Below are positions 62,070 through 64,000 of a stretch of 64,000 nucleotides of DNA, one piece after another; the first letter of the stretch is position 1; the number at the start of each line of letters is the position of its first letter. This DNA comes from an uncultured Pelagibacteraceae bacterium (GTDB lineage Bacteria > Pseudomonadota > Alphaproteobacteria > Pelagibacterales > Pelagibacteraceae). Both the position numbers and the translations under genes were made by a program. Under the pieces are notes generated by a model that was not told where the DNA came from, ran no database searches, and worked only from the letters and a program-made list of their open reading frames with translations. The stretch covers positions 5,616 through 69,615 of the forward strand of contig CACPOX010000004.1 of assembly GCA_902635665.1 (NCBI GenBank), given 5' to 3'.

Positions 62070-62633
62070 GTGAGTACACAGAATTTAATAATATATAAGT
62101 TTACCTCTTTATATCATATTCTTGAAGAACTTGGTTTAGATTTAAATTTTAAGATTACCTTTGTAGATAGTGAAAATTCTTTAAAAGATAAAGTAAAAAA
62201 CCTCGATAGCTACTTAGTAATATCAAATAAAAAATATTCAAATATAGTCAATCAAGTTATTTTAGATAATGTGCCAATAAATATTTTTAAATTAGTTGAA
62301 AAGATAAATATTGAATTTTTAAAACTAAAATTTAATAGCCAATCTGAAGTTAAAATAAAAAATTATACTATAGATCTAAATTCTAGAGAAATGCTAATAA
62401 ACAAAATTAAACTCAAGCTGACTGAAAAAGAGATTAACACAATTACATATTTATCAAAAGTAAAGGAACCGGTTAGTATTGATGAATTGCAAGAAAAAGT
62501 ATGGAGCTATCAATCAAATATAGAAACTCACACTGTTGAGACTCATATTTATCGATTAAGAAAGAAAATTTTTAATACCTTTAATGATAATGAATTCATA
62601 ATTAGTAAAAAAAATGGTTATCAAATCAAATAA
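62070..62633 (+). CDS. OmpR-type winged-helix protein with a degenerate receiver domain
   Basis: LTEKE, L...VWSY and THTVETHIYRLRKK...GY C-terminal wHTH; likely GTG start at 62070. Confidence 0.85.
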   Translation: MSTQNLIIYKFTSLYHILEELGLDLNFKITFVDSENSLKDKVKNLDSYLVISNKKYSNIVNQVILDNVPINIFKLVEKINIEFLKLKFNSQSEVKIKNYTIDLNSREMLINKIKLKLTEKEINTITYLSKVKEPVSIDELQEKVWSYQSNIETHTVETHIYRLRKKIFNTFNDNEFIISKKNGYQIK

Positions 62634-62733
62634 GAAAAACCCAATAGCTAAAGACTTGTTTACTAAAAAATATAAACCAAAAATAGTTAAGCCTAAAAAG
62701 GGTAAGGGAAGTTTTAAAAGAAAGAAAAATTAA
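62614..62733 (+). CDS. arfA: ArfA-like alternative ribosome rescue factor (39 aa; not in the ORF track)
   Basis: Manual translation MVIKSNKKNPIAKDLFTKKYKPKIVKPKKGKGSFKRKKN*; carries the N.IA..L...KKGKGS(Y/F).RK ArfA signature. Confidence 0.78.
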   Translation: MVIKSNKKNPIAKDLFTKKYKPKIVKPKKGKGSFKRKKN

Positions 62734-62735
62734 AT

Positions 62736-63665
62736 TTAAAGTCTTGCACCAATTTGTTGTATTACTCTTGAGGACATTTCCGTACCTTTTTCAAGACACT
62801 TTTTGGTAGAAAATTTATTGATGTACCCATGTAAAAATCCAGCGGCAAAGAGATCACCTGCACCCGTCAGGTCTAAAATTTTTAGATTTTTTTGTGCATT
62901 ACTTTCAACAACATCTTCTCCATTAATTACAACTGCTCCTTTTTCACCCCTAGTTACAACAACTAACTTATTAAGTAGTTTCGAAAAGTTTATAACTTCA
63001 TTGAAGTTTTTTGCTTCAATTAAGGATGTAATTTCTTGTTCGTTAGCAAATGTTATATCTATCTTATTTTTTACTAAGTTTAAAAAATGAGGTTTATGTC
63101 TATCGACACAAAACAAATCAGACAGCGACATAGCAACTTTGTTTGCATTATTTATAGCTTTATCAAATGCTTTCTTGGGTCCTCCTTCGTCCCATAAGTA
63201 ACCTTCTAAAAATATTATTTCACTTTTTCTAATTGTATCGGAGCTAAAATCATTTTCATTAATTTTTCCTGCTGTTCCTAAGAAAGTACACATCGTTCTC
63301 TCTGAGTCTGGAGTTACTAATATTAGACATGTTCCTGTCGGCAATTCTTCTTTTTTTTTATCATAAAAATATTCTACATTTTCTTTTTTCAATCCTTCTT
63401 CGTAATTACTACCAAATTGATCATCAGAAACTTTACCTATGAAACCAACCTGATCACCAAGTTGGGATATACCAACAATAGAATTCGCAACAGATCCTCC
63501 AGAGATAGTTTTTTCAATTTTGAGATTTTTTAATAAATTTTTGAATTCATTTTCGTCAAAAAATAATTTCATTGTACTCTTTGTAAGATTATTTTTCGTA
63601 ATAAAATTATCTTCAACTTTGCAAATTACATCTACGATTGCGTTTCCTATTCCTAAAATTTTCAT
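62736..63665 (-). CDS. PfkB family carbohydrate kinase (adenosine kinase-like)
   Basis: GNAIVD, GGSVAN, ERTM and DLTGAGDLFAAGF motifs. Confidence 0.9.
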   Translation of the reverse strand: MKILGIGNAIVDVICKVEDNFITKNNLTKSTMKLFFDENEFKNLLKNLKIEKTISGGSVANSIVGISQLGDQVGFIGKVSDDQFGSNYEEGLKKENVEYFYDKKKEELPTGTCLILVTPDSERTMCTFLGTAGKINENDFSSDTIRKSEIIFLEGYLWDEGGPKKAFDKAINNANKVAMSLSDLFCVDRHKPHFLNLVKNKIDITFANEQEITSLIEAKNFNEVINFSKLLNKLVVVTRGEKGAVVINGEDVVESNAQKNLKILDLTGAGDLFAAGFLHGYINKFSTKKCLEKGTEMSSRVIQQIGARL

Positions 63666-63666
63666 A

Positions 63667-64000
63667 CTAAGCTTTTTTGGTAATAACAGGTTTTTTTCTA
63701 TTTGGATAGCAAGTAGTACATATTTTGCATCTTAAACCATAACAATCTCTTGCCTTGCAATATTCTCTTCCATAAAAAATTATTTGCAAATGGAGTTTAG
63801 ACCAAGTTTTTTTAGGAAATATTCGTTTTAAATCTTTTTCAGTTTGAACTACATTTTTTCCATTTGTTAAACCCCATCTTTGTGCGAGTCTATGAATATG
63901 AGTATCTACTGCAAAAGCAGGATAACCAAAACCTTGAGACATAACCACGCTAGCCGTCTTATGGCCTACACCAGGCAATTTCTCGAGTTCTTCGAAAGTT
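63667..64000 (-). CDS. nth: endonuclease III, C-terminal part (5' end outside window)
   Basis: HhH motif LPGVGHKTA, AVDTHIHR, Cys-rich C-terminus. Confidence 0.92.
   Translation of the reverse strand, partial: TFEELEKLPGVGHKTASVVMSQGFGYPAFAVDTHIHRLAQRWGLTNGKNVVQTEKDLKRIFPKKTWSKLHLQIIFYGREYCKARDCYGLRCKICTTCYPNRKKPVITKKA

Noticed and set aside
375-63735. Numerous 60-122 aa ORFs antisense to or nested in recognised genes (e.g. 20078-20395, 35865-36182, 37447-37791, 47107-47436, 57679-58047)
   Set aside because: Shadow ORFs wholly overlapping well-supported genes, with no recognisable motifs

Overview
AT-rich, gene-dense 64 kb chromosomal segment. Gene content, gene order and very short spacers are typical of a streamlined SAR11/Pelagibacterales alphaproteobacterium (inferred from gene content and protein style, not from a database search). 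The right half is the replication-origin region: a DnaA-box-rich spacer between the DUF299/PSRP gene and hemE, then hemE-hemH-hemJ-rho-mnmE-mnmG-rsmG(parS)-parA-parB, holA-lptE-leuS and a major porin. The middle holds housekeeping blocks (folD, hemCD, tsaD, acs/actP, rpe, purH, tRNA-Gly, ftsK, his operon, hslVU, secB, dnaQ). The left ~11 kb is accessory-looking. It carries a light/UV-repair cluster (a domain-inverted NewPHL-type photolyase, a PhrB-like (6-4) photolyase lacking the Fe-S cysteines, a DUF2256-like zinc-finger microprotein, an SDR, a SemiPnu-like membrane protein) and a putative haloacetate dehalogenase/TauD-dioxygenase/AEC-transporter operon. Two likely real microproteins are missing from the supplied ORF track: DUF2256-like (3505-3633) and an ArfA-like ribosome rescue factor (62614-62733). 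No CRISPR array, integrase, transposase or prophage was seen. All family assignments come from recognising motifs by eye.
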